Assembly (NCBI RefSeq): GCF_964204865.1
Contig: NC_135250.1
Location: 7,564,001 to 7,628,000, forward strand
Source: Styela clava
Lineage: Eukaryota
Reading direction: 5' to 3'
Length of the DNA: 64,000 bases
Part shown: piece after piece, positions 42,201-56,500 of the stretch
Layout of the letters: each line of letters starts with the position of its first letter
Numbering within the stretch: the stretch's first letter is position 1
The notes under the pieces: generated by a model
What the model was told of the DNA's origin: nothing
What the model saw: only the letters and a program-made list of their open reading frames with translations
Database searches by the model: none
Made by a program: the position numbers and the translations under genes

Positions 42201-45200
42201 ATGAGTCAAAACATGAATGGCCTGGTGCAGACAAATTATTTACAACTATCACAATCTCGCCTAGCGCCGATATATAATATATATAAGATTTTCCATTCCA
42301 AACAACGCCTAGAATGAGTACCCACTGAGGTGCGAGAGAGCTACCATTTTTGAAGGTCAGTAATCTTTCCGGTTATTCTATTGTCTACCTAATTTATTGC
42401 ATTCCGGATAAGGTAGGTACTAATTCGCAATAAAATGTAACAATGTCAAAAATTATAGTAGCCTACATATCAGTTGTCGAGTTTATAAAGTTGAGTCTTC
42501 CTATATGATGTCTGCCTATAGGCGATGCTATCGGAATCCAGAACTATAAACAACAGCTGACAAAGATAAATGTTTATAATTAGCATATTATATAATTCTG
42601 CGGATAATGGCTTTCTCGGGTGTGCTTGGTTCGCAAAAATGATGTTCGAGAGTTTAATCCAATGAAACACGAGGATATAACCAACATTGCATTTTTGTTG
42701 TTATGACGATACTTCCATCGTTATTTCTAAAATGGTACTCCCGTAGTATGTGTACCAGGTTAGACCGTAATTTAATTCCGATTTTCCTTATTTTAGTTCT
42801 ATTACGAGATGGGAACTGTCTTTGTTAACCAAGTGAAAGCCCATAGGATTCGGTCCTATTACACAACTTGCTGTAAAGTAGGCGAACGAAATTATTTACC
42901 TCCATATTGGTGCACACACTTCCGAAGCGCCTCTAAAATATACCTAAAGTTGAATGCCGGGATAGTGCTTGAACACCATTAGTAATTTAACAATTACATT
43001 TTGTTTTCAGGAGTTACCAATTGACTGATCAGATTTCCACTGGTTCGTACTCCGTCAGAATGAAAGCATTTGCAGACAGTTCACTCACAAATTCACTGAG
43101 CTCTGATAATCGCCTCGTCACTGTTCCAGATTTCTTTTACATTAAAATGGTTATCAAGAAGGCTGGTGTCGGATTGATATTACAAGTATATATTACATTG
43201 ACTTAACAAACTAGTTTTACTCTTCTGTAGTATTGTATTTGTATTTCACACCAAACACGGCTCAAATAATCAAATAAGAGTATGCAGAAATCTAATATAT
43301 ATTCCGATAAAAAAAAATATGACGTTTCAGATCATGTGACCAAACGAAATACCTCATCTGGTAACCCTAAATCAGTTGATTTTTCCAGATACGTGAACTT
43401 TGTTGGCGGCGAACGCCTCCTAAACAGACCCGACCATCTCTCTTATATTCGTCAGACGGTAGACAAACATCCTCATTTAAATGATAAATTAAATCTATTT
43501 AGAATAATAGGATCTTTTCTAGATAGTCCCCGCCAAAAAAACACCCTCGCCACCGCTCAAAATAAAATTTAGTAATTATCCAGTTAGGGTATTAAGGAAT
43601 ACAGATAGCGCTGGAAATGCAAATTTTTAAATCCTTCCTAACCTGGACCAAACTAGATAATTACTGATTAAAACGTAGGGTGGGTGTTTTACTCAAATCC
43701 CCCATTTTTACATTAGTACATCTACATTTTACAAAAGATTCAAATAATCATATAACGTTGGGATGTAAACCCTAGTTTCAATTTTTTAATTTAGGCCGAA
43801 TATTGCTGGGCCACGCCTACGTCAGACTCAACGAATAGTGAAAGGATCGATTTAATTGTTGGCGGGTAAGGTTTATATTTCAATTATTCCCGGTCCAATG
43901 TAGGCCTGCAGTAACCACAGGTCGAATTGACAATTCAGTAAATCTCACGGAAAGGTAAAATAACAACTCAATTAAATGAACGGTGACGAAGACGAAGAGT
44001 GGCGCGTGTGGTTGACGAGCTAATCTAAATCTCTTTTGCATGAAACTCACTCACCCTTTGTTGGACCTATAGAAGTAGCCTAACAGATCCCTATAAGCAC
44101 AAAACCGAACGATCCGGGAGGAATACTGTCAAAAAATATTTTTGGGATAAAATTCATGACTTTTTGGCAAAATTAAAGCTCCATCTTAGGCAAAATCGTT
44201 GTTTACAAATTTATGATATAGTTTGTAAATGTTATATTTTCAGATGTCCTGAAGCAACATTATACGCAGATTCCGGAGTAACCGTGACTGAAAACTATGC
44301 CTCTGATACAGTTGTGTTCGGAGTCCGTTCGTTCTTGTGGACTGGGTTCTCTGTGTCCGGACAGGAAATCTATGTTCACTGCAGTCTAGCGTTCTGTGAT
44401 TCAACTGCACAGACGGGATGTACGACACAAGTAAGTTAGATATTGCAGGAGATGTGCCTGAAAATCGTCTGTCATTACCCACAATGCTATTGCACTGACC
44501 ACGCATCCTGTTCTAGTCAGTCAAGATATGAGTTTAGGTAGAATTACCAAGCTTATAGTTCCAGCAGCATTGATGTATTACCTCTGCTTCCTCAACTATA
44601 ATAGCTAAATTATATATGATGATAATTGTAATTTTTTATATATAGAGTTGTTCCGCAAGAAAAAAGCGCAGTATCTTTTCCACGGGACTACGACACGGGA
44701 CAGAACAACAGCAGAGAAGAACAAATTATACTTCATCTGCAATATCTCCAATATCAATTGCGATAAAGGACTCTATCTGTTTGGTAATGTTACCGGTAGT
44801 CATCTAGTTCTGACTTATTCTATCAAAGTAAAAACTTCTGTGAAAAATTGAAAAGCTTGATGTTCATGGGCATTATAACTAAAATGAATAAAAATTGAGT
44901 CATGTTGCTTTTAATACTTAAATTAAATATACTTGTTCTATATCTTTCAATGATACATATGTTAATATTCAACAATAAAACTCCAGAAGGAACCGGTTGA
45001 ATGCGAGCAGATATGCACTGTCATTAACGGTTCGCGAGCTTGTAGATGCTACTCAGACTATCATTTGCAAAACGATGACCAGACGTGCCTGAGAAAAGAC
45101 CTTGACGAGATGCCGACTTCAACAGGTATATTCTAACGCAGACTGTATAAAACTTAACATAAACGATAGGTTTCAGTAGATTATTTTCATTTGGAGGCAC

Positions 45201-46033
45201 TCGAAATAAAAAATATATTAATAGTGCTTTTGGAATTATAAAATTTCCTATTAAAAGATTCTTCGAGTTATTCTAAATTTTTTGAGTCTATTATATTCTA
45301 ACAATCTAACTATTTTAATCCCCTCACCCAAATTGTATTGTAATACTAATGATGTCATATTTGAATAGTAGTATTTTCTGGTACCGGTGTTTTTATTTTG
45401 TTGATAGGTATCTGTCTGTCTGTGTGTATGTCTGTTAGATGCACGCGATATCTCACGAAAGCGAGATTGAATCTGCTCCAGATTTTGCATGTGCATTCAT
45501 CATATCTCGGACCAAAAGCCTATTTGAGATTTTGGGCGAATTATGTCGTATAATTAGCGAGTTATTAATTAATTAGTGATGGGACACAAAGTGTCACTAT
45601 GGAGTAAGAGCGCTGTTTTGGGGGATCCTCCAACTTTCAATCGATGAGTCCTCGGTCTCTGACCGATATTCTTGTTTTTATATTGTACCGTTGCCGCGTT
45701 ACTACTCTCTTCGCTTAAGTATGTGTTTAGTTTTGCCCTGCTGCTTTTTAAAAAAAACTGTCGTAATAAATTTGTAATCTATCTGCTTTTGTTCCAGAAG
45801 TTCCACACAGAACTATTCCTTCCATTTTGCGAAAATGGAAATTAGTAATCGAAAACGCAGAGAACATCGACGTCGAAGGTCTAAAGATGTCCGCCATTGT
45901 TGTCTGCATGTTTGCCGTATTTGTTGTGCTCTTATACGCCACCTGCCGGTACTGCAGAACCGTGAGAGCGAGTAATCTGGAAAACCTTGGAAATTTGCCA
46001 CAAGAAAAGATACCTCTATGTGAAAATGCTTAA
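39224..46033 (+). CDS. Zona pellucida (ZP)-domain type-I membrane protein with juxtamembrane EGF-like domain, 10 exons (39224-39278, 39507-39618, 39832-40009, 41147-41316, 43011-43185, 43795-43865, 44244-44430, 44646-44783, 44987-45125, 45798-46033), 486 aa
   Basis: Signal peptide; ZP-N (..FNWNECNP, SITCSY); ZP-C hallmarks YCWATP, LIVGGCP and IYVHCSLAFCD; consensus furin site RKKRS; six-Cys EGF C-x6-CEQIC-x8-CRC-x12-C; TM MSAIVVCMFAVFVVLLYA. Total 1461 nt in frame. Confidence 0.88.
40195..40562. mobile_element. Tc1/mariner-pogo (Tigger-like) MITE in a ZP-gene intron
   Basis: TA|CCGTGTTCCCCAAAAATAA ... TTATTTTCGAGGAAACATGG imperfect TIRs; repeated GTCTTAT subterminal motifs. Confidence 0.7.
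41597..41656. repeat. (AT)n microsatellite
   Basis: Imperfect TA run of ~60 bp. Shorter (AT)n at 23924-23948 and (CA)n at 6318-6335. Confidence 0.9.
42734..42931 (+). mobile_element. 198-bp Merlin-like MITE (GG...CC ends)
   Basis: Ends GGTACTCCCGTAGTATGTGTACC / GGTGCACACACTTCCGAAGCGCC; perfect 8-bp TSD TCTAAAAT (42726-42733, 42932-42939). Confidence 0.85.
45340..45679 (+). mobile_element. DINE-1/HINE-like non-autonomous Helentron-type repeat
   Basis: (TCTG)n/TGTATG microsatellite followed by GCACGCGATATCTC..., and a 3' stem-loop TCGGTC-TCT-GACCGA ending in a T-run. 5' boundary uncertain. Confidence 0.55.
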
Positions 46034-49000
46034 TCTGTTTATTTCCAATATAATACATAAAATATACTCAGATATTATGTTATAGAATTTCTTTACATCT
46101 ACAAAACAAAACATATGAAAATACGTGAATTTACTATTACAATACGCCCTTTATATTTGACCATATTTGGCCACCACAAAGGTATGTGTTATTGTGGATT
46201 TTTGAATACCTTCGTTTCCATGACAACCCGGTTGCAAGTTGAGAAACTTGCCGAGATAATTGGCAATGATATGTTTCCAAACGTATCCGCAAATTGGGAT
46301 TCAACAAAACAATGCCAGACTCGTTTTGTCGTCATTTTACGAACACATGGAAATTATTATTTGAAATAAAATCGTATCATGACGTCATCAGTCGAAGTGC
46401 TAAAGTTTGTCTATTGATACTAGGGTCATTTCGGTTGTAAATGCTCGATAAATATGTGGGTTTGTGGAAATATCTGTATTTTCTCAAAGTGGAATGATAC
46501 CACGTAAAAATGTCATTTTCGCCAGTGCTCCTTTTCATAAATATATACCAACTTAATTGCATAATTGTAATGTTATTTTCTTGTATAGCGAGGTTGCTGT
46601 TACCCATATAGGTACTTAGTTATTTGATTCATTCCTTTATATTCAGTTTGCAAGTCCGACTGGAATTGCACCCCGATGCACAAGTATAAGTTTATTTTGA
46701 CTCCATAATCAGCATGTAAGGCGAGGAATAATGAATTAAAATAAAAAATAAATTAAAAATGAATTACAGAATCAGTATAGCTGAGAAACCCCAAAGTAAG
46801 GTTAAAGTATACAAAATTTATCCAAAAGAAGCGGTGTGTATTCGCTATTCTCAGTACTCATAAATTTGAACCAGGAGGAAAGACTGTTTTAATTGCCCCC
46901 TTTGGGTTTCGTAACACAATAAACATGTTGCGTAAACGCCAGAAGTGTGGTTTAACGATACATACGACGGATTATGATTTATTTGAGCACACTACATAAA
47001 ATTGAAAAATAAAATTTACGTGATTAGAGGTATTGACCATAATTTTCGTCCGACGTGGTGACTGCTCTTCCACGCTCATTCGCTCCAAAACAAGATTTAG
47101 GTTATGGCAACATTGATACTCGTTATTAACATAAATTGTTTCAAATTTAAATTTAGCGTTCGCGAATTTTATAATGCGTTGCTTACAACCATTACAGAAA
47201 TATTAATAGTAGTCAAAGCAAAAGTACCCACCTTTAAGAAGAAATGTTTGAACGAGTTATATGCAATTATAAAAGTGTTACATCTTCCCTATCCAAATCA
47301 ATCTCTGCCACAAAACTGATCAATAAGATGCCAGGTGATTGATGTTGTTTGTGAAAATAAAAACACATTCCGGATTAGCAATACATAATTATAACTGGCA
47401 ACGTCAGTATTGATTTTAATCTTTCATAAATTTATTGAATAAACAAGTACGTGGTATCGGAGGCACATCCAATCGTCCAGACTTGTTTTTCGGATTTGAT
47501 TGAAGCACAGTGAACAGCTAATAAATGAAATAGCATTTGTTAGTTCCCATGTTAGTGTTAGTTCCCATTCAACTAATAGAGAATAAGAATGTAGTCTAGT
47601 AGATTTGAGTTTACATATGATACATATATTGTCTGCAGATAGAATGTCATCTTTAGCCAGTTGTAGTGAAGTGTTTGCATTTTAAATTAAGTATATGCCA
47701 CGATTTTGATATAAATACTCCATGAAAGAAAAAGGATAATGAGTATGTATACCAGACTGCAAAGATATGTTCCAAAATGCCACGATTTTGCTATCGCAAT
47801 TCCATGGAATACGAAATGTATTTCTAGTTGTCATGTCTCCAACTCATTACGATGTCGTTATTCAAACTAAAACAAATTCTGTGGTCGATAAACCAAATCC
47901 TATACGCCATTTGCAACTTTGTGCCGTGCCGGATGAAAATGATCGTCCACTGTGGCAAATCTATCTATTTCGCAATTTGAGTTCGCAAATAAAAGCCATG
48001 TTTGGGTCATGCATTGAGCGTGTATTTCCTTACGTGCTCGTCATAAACAAGGGACGTCAATAAAACGGGTGTTGGTGCCTAGTCAACACAAAATACGACG
48101 CAAACAGTTTCGCAATACGGGTGTTATGAGTAATTGCACAAGCGCCGTCATATTGCCGACGAATCATTTATTTTCCTGTTACTTAAACTTTGATGACTTG
48201 AGCTGCACAGATGGAAATGTGCCGACAAAGTTGTGTCTTTGTTCATGGAGATAAGCAAGAAATTCGTTGTAGTAAAAGCTTGGCCTTTTATTCCCATACC
48301 TTCCGTACCTGTTTGAGTCGTATTTAATTAAAAGGGGAGGTGGAAATGGACGACAAGCGGTTGGTCGACTGCAGATTGTGTAAATAAAATATATGCAAGC
48401 GTTGCATTCACACTGTGTGAAATACCTGAACAAACAACAGTGAACAATGCGAATGATAAATTTTATTAATATTTCATATACAACCTACCAGTGACTGCTT
48501 GGTCAGTTTTCATCTAAGTCAGAATCAGTCAGCGAAATTGATGTGCATTGGTGTGTTCTGTGTTGGTCACCACTACGAAGTAAAGTTTGTGTTGCCACAT
48601 CTGTTCTTTCTCTTTCCGATTAGCGCACATTATATTTCCGCTTGCTACCGCAGTACAACTGTTGGAGAATTGTTCTTTATGGTCAACTGTTGTTTCCCAT
48701 CGTTTGCAGAGCAAGTTTCGAGCCTTTAAACAAGTTGAAGTGAGTAAAAACGAGACGAGAAAAGCTAGTTACCCGGAAAGGGGTTACATGTTATAATAAA
48801 AGCAGGCGCGAAAATATCGTTGGTGGATCGTGTGCTTGAAACAAAAACTTCGAATTACTGTTTTTTATGCATATTCATGTTCTACTTACGACTAAAAATT
48901 ATTGTTGATAAAATTTGAGAAAAATATTTGTATGTTTTTGTTTTCGTGTTGTTTTTTAAGTTGTAATTAGATTCATATATAAGATTGAAAAACTATTTCC

Positions 49001-50543
49001 AGACTGAACAAATTTGCCTTTCAGAATCATATTTCCAAAACTCAAAATTCTTAAAAAGCGGAAGACAATAAATAATGTCATAACGTAATATATTATGTTA
49101 ATCTGGTAAATTAATTTTTCACTGAGTGGGCGTTACATCGAGGAACATATGGAACCAGGAGACCATTAAATAATTCACGATTTCGAAAGTTATCGAGAGA
49201 AAATAATGTAAAACATAGTAGAATTTTAGTATCATTCAATCGTCGGAATAAAAATAAAACAGTAATTCCCGGAGAAAATGTAAAATCACAGCGTATTGCA
49301 AGCAAGTTCAGACATTATTTTTGATAGTTTTCTGCATAGTAGAAAGTAAGTAAATTTTACATTCCTAATGTTGAACAATAAGGTATTATATGAATAATAC
49401 CTTCTACATGTGGCTCGACACATTACGAAATAATAAGGGTATTTACATTTAGCTACTTGAGCAAAGTAAGATGACAGGTCATCACGAGGCAGCAGTCGGC
49501 AGGGTATGATATGAGTATATTGGTCTACATTAATAGCTGATTTGCAAAGTACTTCAGTGCAAATATATTTTGTTTACTGCGGTAGCCCCATTTGGTTGAA
49601 GTGTAGTTGCCTTCTGACTGAACGTGATGGAGGTCGTGGATCGTGGCCGTATTTTATGGACGCTCTTCGAATTGAAAATTTAGTTTTACGGTTATAATAA
49701 TGCGACATAGGAATATTTTATTACTTGGTTACTAGTGTATTATTTTGAAGCTCAATTAACAAACCTTTGACACTCGTGTCAAATCTGACAAACTGTGTTT
49801 TACTGTGACAAGGGTATTTCACATTGTGAAAAGGAAAGGAAACAGTTTAAATACCAAGTAAATTATTACGATTATTCGTATCTTTATTTCAACTATATTG
49901 AAAATTGGTCCTAAATATTGTTGCATCTGCGTAAAAGCACTCATGCAAGAGTTCAAAGCCAGACAAAGAAATTGTAGTCTGAAATAAACAACGAGTCACA
50001 CACGCCGTTACGATTTAGTGTCCGAAAGCTGTAAACAACGCAGCAGACAAGAGACATCAACGCAGCGAATGAAGTCTGTGGCAAATGTGGCGTCAATTGA
50101 GAACAAATGGTCACTGGTTTATTCTGCGGAAGTACGGTGGCAATTAAAAAATTTGAAGAGAAAACTTTTATGAGAAATTGGGATGCTGCATGACACAAAA
50201 CGCGCAAGAGTGGCTTTGTTACATGCATGTTATTGTAGCCTAGTTTGGCAGAAATTTCATAGTCTAAGAATTGAATACCGGTACGTTTTCATTAGTAATA
50301 TCATATGTGATGTCGATTGCGTGTTTTCTGTTTTCGTGGGTGACTTTCTAGAACATTTTCAGTTGATTCATGTGTATCAAGTACGCCTCAAAGTTCAGCT
50401 ATTATTTAAATGTTATCTACAGTTAAGTAGACGGAATAATTTGGTGACAAAGTATGATATTGCATTCACGATGTTTCTATTTTTGATAGTAATTTTTTGT
50501 TTATAATTTTGTTATTTCTAGAGAATATATATTCTTATTTACT

Positions 50544-53500
50544 ATGGCGCCTACATTAGCTCAAGCTAAGCACAGAAAATGGTGGATAGCTATAACAGCG
50601 GTTATAGAAAACTTGACGTTTGCGGCTGTATTACTAGGATGGAGTTCGTTACTGTTAATGTTGAAAAAAGAAGGGTTTTATTCAAACCTTTGTATTGAAG
50701 GTAAGTATTGGCTTTTTACCCTCTATAATTAAGGGTAGAATATTGACAAAACTGCAGAATGAATATCTTTAAAAGTAATGAGAAATCCTCGTCCCGTGTC
50801 ACCAGGATACCACCTCAATAATAGTATTGATCTTCGCCGTTCAGCCGTTGGGGAGGCCGATTAAGAATCGGGAAAGTTACCGACATTATTCCTGTGCTGA
50901 TATCGGGTCGGGATGCGACAAGACTCAATGGGGATCTAAATCGTAGCCACAAAAATCCAATTTACTTTTCGGGTTAACATATCCCGTTTCTACTAAACTG
51001 TTAATTTCGTTGGACGAAATCTTGTTGATATTCATTGCGCAAGATAGGCAGCATATTCCGAATCGACTGATTGTTTTGCGCTTAGTACATGTATGTATTT
51101 ATATATTTGCTTTTTTAGAAAATGAAAACGGAACATTATATAACACTACCTCACCAAATGCGACGTCACCAGCGCCAGTCATGTTTACCTCGACCGTAAG
51201 TAGATTTTTATTGCTTCCCTATTTCGGTTTTTGTTAGTTTTTTTATAATTTGGAATTTTCATTTCTGAGTACACATTTTTCAGAGAATTTGTACAGGTGT
51301 TATCCCTGAGAAACATATAGAAATTACTACAGAAAAGTGCAAATAAATTTACGTAATCCTAGTTCCGCATTGTGCAACCGCTAAACTGTTTGTTATTAGC
51401 GAATCAAATACATAAAATGTCACCTTTCGAAAATCGTTTTATTTTTATAACACATCAAGCATGGGCCGATGGAAATGACCCCAATTGCCCTGCAATTCAA
51501 AATTGTGATATGGCTATCTTAGATTTGCCTTCATTTTCGGAGGCACGAATTCAAACGAGCTCGTTGCATACTCGAAAAATTATCGGATAAATTATAGGAA
51601 AGCGTGATTAACTATGATCATATGATCAGTAAGAGAGTTAATTTTGCTTTTCAAATTATTCTAGTACTGTATTTGAAAAATACCTTTAAATGAAGTACAT
51701 CCATCCTAAAATTTCACTGGTAAAATTATATGGATCATAATCCGGGAGATTTATTGAACCATTATTTCATACTACTGTAAATTGAATGGGAAATATCCCA
51801 ACAGAAAGATTCATAATAATTCTTCACCAGTGATAAAATTTAATTCAGAAAGACTCAACATCTGAAATACATATACTGGCAAAACTTCAAAAGCGAAGTG
51901 ATTGATTGCTCGGCGGTTGTCGAATTTAAAACTTAAATATTCGAATCGCTGTTTGAATAAAAAAAAATAAAAATTCTAAGGCTTTCCAATATTATATACA
52001 TGTATGTTAGTATGTATATATGCATAGAAAAAATAATGAAAATTAGTTAACATGTTTACTCGCACCAGCGGATGGAAAATACGATAGTTTGTGCTATATA
52101 GTGCGTATTAAATGTATTTTATTGTCTCCGTGCGACAATTTCGCTGAGTAATAATATTGATTTTGAAACGGACGATAGGTCGTTCAATTACAAACACTCA
52201 AAACGTGATTTCACAACATTTTACTGCGACGTTTATTACGTCACACTAGTTTAATATTGACGAATTTGCTTAACGTGGCCGAAAAATCGTACCCGGCCAA
52301 GTATGGGACACTGTTGAGCCGAGACTTCCAGCTAATCAGAATTCAAACATGAACTTCGACGAACTCGCGTAATAAAATAGTGAGAAATTTGGAAGCTATA
52401 CCTAGATCATGCGCGTAGAATAGTTTATTATTCAAGAGTTCGTACCCGGCCAAGTATGGGACGCTGTTGAGCCGAGACTTCAAGCTACCCGGAATTCAAA
52501 CATGAACTTCGACGAACTCGCGTAATAAAATAGTGAGAAAATTGGAAGCTATACCAAGATCATGCGCGTAGAATAGTTTATTGTAGAAGAGTTATGATAT
52601 TGTCTTATCGTTATTGAAGGATGAATGCGAAATTTATAGCAGGCACCATAATAAAGACTAATCGTGAAGTCTGGTTTTGATAATAATATAATATCAATAG
52701 ATACGGCCTTGAGTTTTATGTTGGGCGGGCGTTGTCTCAAAGTGTGACATAACGCTATTGCACTAAATGGGTTATTTCACTTTTCTTCAAAGGCCGGAAA
52801 ATGGGTTTGCGTTCAGAGGGCATCACGCTACTGAATTCTTCTGCTTCTATATCTCTATTTCTAACCACCCCATACCGGCGAATTTCACCTTTGGTTTCAT
52901 CTGGCGATGGCAACCCTTCATTTCACTGCGGCGTTTATTGCGTCACACTGGATGATGAATATGATTCCTTAAAATGTTTTTATTTTTATTTTCTGGCCAC
53001 CTCGTTCTTGTCTATCCCTGTTATTATATAACTTTTCAAATCTTTTGTATGACAGAGCTCGTGAAAGTCCACTTAGCTGTAAAGATTGTCTTTTATTTTC
53101 AAAGTAATCGCGAATCGTGTATCAAAACTGTGTAATGTTATTTTTCGAACAGAACTCAACTCCCACAGAATCTGAATTCCAGCATCCAACATGTGCAGCA
53201 CAAGACGAAATCTTGAACCGGTATTTTTCTATTGGATCTAGTCTTCTCAGTGCAGTAACTGTTGTTCTCGGTATAATCATGGACAAGTATGGATCACGAG
53301 TTATGAGAATGGTTGGATGGTAAGTATGTGAATGAATTTAGATCTCGACTTTATTCGTGATCGAATTATATTTCATACATATGCACGTCAGCTACTCCTA
53401 TGGGGTGAACCCATGTGAAAATATTATTTTTCTCGAAAGTTAAAAGCAAAACTTCTTGGTAATCAATAATTATAATATATCGACAGGGCGTTTATATATT

Positions 53501-56500
53501 TTTTAACGTAATCGCGGGAAAGTATAATCAAAAACAACCGTTTTCGCCTGTTAGGTAGGACGAACTTGCAAAGATTTCCGCTAGTTAAATACAGTGCACG
53601 ATTTAACGCGAACTTCTAATGTAATCCACGTCCATATTACTTTGTGTGAATACTTGAATAGTCAGCCCGTGTTTTCTTGAATACCGTGGTGTTACAATCT
53701 GACAGATTTGACGATAGCAAGCCGTAAAATATTATTTTAAGGCTGAAACAAAATAACCAAAGGTTATTCGCGTTCATTTGTTGAAGAAAACAAAAGGTTA
53801 CTCGAGTTCATACATTATTCAAGAGTCTAAAGGTCGTTTCTCGTTGTTATTGTTTAAATTCACACCAGCTTCGTTTGGATATGCTTGAGTTGATATTTGG
53901 AACATTATTCTAATGAATTTCATTTGATTTTCGGCAAACGACAACAACACAGTTCGAAAACAAGGTTAACCTATTAGAATAGTTTCTTAACATAGGGAAC
54001 CATTGTGTCTTCAACGAAATAGACGTTTATATTAAGTAATTTGTCACTTCCGTTTTCTATAGATATATGATATTGGGCGGCAATACTACAAACAAATTTT
54101 TTAGGGCTTTTTCACACCACCCCGAATCTACCCTAATATCAGCAAACAATGACTCGCAAAGAGTTCCTATCTTTCGACAGAAATCTCTCCGACTCCGCAC
54201 TGACATTTTTGCTCCAAAATAGGTACTTCCGTAGTGTGTGTACCAGGTTAGGGTTAGGCCATCATTTTATTTCGATTTTTCTTATTTTAGTTCTATTATG
54301 AGTTCGGGGACTGTCTGTGTTAGACAAGTGAATATACCCCCTGCCCATAGGTTTCAGTCCCTTTACATAACTTGATGTAAAATCTAACCACGAAACCATT
54401 TTACGCGTGTTTTATCGCAAGACACAGCGTCCAATATCAACCATTCTTTTTATCTTTTACTTTTGGCAGTATGACAAAGATATTTTATTTTCTAACAGCT
54501 GGACATTTATGCTGTCCTGTGCATGTTTTGCAATTGGATCTCTCGACACCGACAGTAAGTAATGAAAAATTGTAATAGCGTTGAAATATTGTACGGCAGA
54601 GGTGTCCAAACTTTTAATACATTCCTTCTCTGAGACTCTTCATTCTTGCTTATATATGCCGAGAATTTGAATGCCATCTTCCAAAAACATTGAACATTAT
54701 ACACTTATTTCATCGGATTAAGGTACGGTTTGTGGCAAAAATTTTATACCGGTACGCGACGTTTGTAACTATATATTTGAGGATCTTTCCCTTCTGGGAC
54801 ACGAAATGTATATATAGATCGTTTTGTTATTATTTTGTTGTTCCTCTTGTTGGACGTCTTTCTTTTCGTATTCTTGTTGGTATGTGAAAGTCGCATTTCT
54901 TTTTAATTACTGCACCAATTGCTATAAAATTTATTTGCCGGGGTTAAAAATTGTATTTGTCGACATAAGGCTATTGCTTTTATTCATTCCAATTTCTGTG
55001 GGCTCTGTGGGATTTCGTTTTTTGTGTGTGTCAAAATTGAATATTGCGCACTTCGTGGCGGTTCCGCGTTTGCATTCGTTGAAATCTGGTGGTCAAGCGA
55101 GTCGTGAAGCGAGTCGCGGTACCGGTATTCTACTGTGAAAGATTGCATACCCGCGCGTACTACTTCGTTTTGGTCTCTGTGTGCATTTATTTGAGCATCG
55201 CTCTCCTGTTATTTATAATAGTTAAATGTAAAACTTACACCAAGAGTTAGAGCGGGGCCTATGGAAAATTGGAGCCCACTGCGGCCTCACGTATTGCAAT
55301 CGCGTAACTCCTGTCCTGTATTTAAGCATTGCTATATATATTGTTTTACAGGATACAGTTTTCTTATGGCACCAGCCGTTTGTCTTAATGGTATGGGAGG
55401 AATTGTGTACGTGTTTACAAGCTTCCAAATACCAAATTTATTCGAAAATATTCGTTCTACTATGATCGCGTTAATGATCGGATCATATTCTGCGTCTGCA
55501 GTGATTTATATGTTATTCAAAGTGAGTATGTGGTTCGGGTTCAAGACAAGTCCTTTTAATCGGGTAATTCCAGATTGTAACTTTTTTTTTCATTTTTATT
55601 CAGGCTGCTTATGATACCGGTATACCATTTGCATGGTTGATGATGTTTCATGCAATTTTAGGATTTTTTACATTTATCAATTGTTATATGAATATACCTC
55701 AAGAACCTTTACCGGGACCCGATGACATTACCTATGCGTGAGTTACAATTTAGATTATTTTGAATTCCAGATGCCATGTTTCCCCGTATGATTTTTGAAG
55801 TTTTTTTTATCCACTTCCATGTGTTATCTTTGTCACAAGTGCTGGTCCCACATGGTAGGTGCCACACATTACAGTCTTTTTGTTTCTTTTGCAGAATCAA
55901 ATTCAATTTTGGAGATCTGAAGTTTGATCATAAAATATCAGGAAAACAATTTTTACATCATACATCAAGTGTTGGAAGACGAATGAGTAGCATTGATATT
56001 GATCCACTTGAGTCGCTGTAAGTTTTCTATCGTTTTCCCTTCTTCGTTTATGATCTCCCTTTTCTCTCACTTTTAAAAATTCTACTTTTTCATAGGATGG
56101 ACATCAGTAAAAACAAAAATAGCTCCCAAATCGACCCGTTTATCCGAGTTATAGTAACCCCATGTGTATTGTGGAGTTTTTTGACAATTAGTTTAACTCA
56201 ACTCCGCCTAATCGCATACATGGGATGGATGGAAATGTATTTCAAGGCAGCTGCTGACCTTAATGAATTAGATCAAGAAACTAAAGATGAGACTGGTAAG
56301 AATATGTAAGACACAATGATACTAGAATAATGTCTTGTAACCTTTCAGTTGTTGGTAAACTGGAGAAGGGAAGAGTCTACCCCTGACATTGGCAAACACC
56401 GTCCGCGGGCCAAATCCGGCCCGCTGGGTGATTCAATCTGGCCCATCTGATGCTGCCGCAACCAAACTAAAACCAAGTTTTGATGTTTTAGCTAAAAAAA

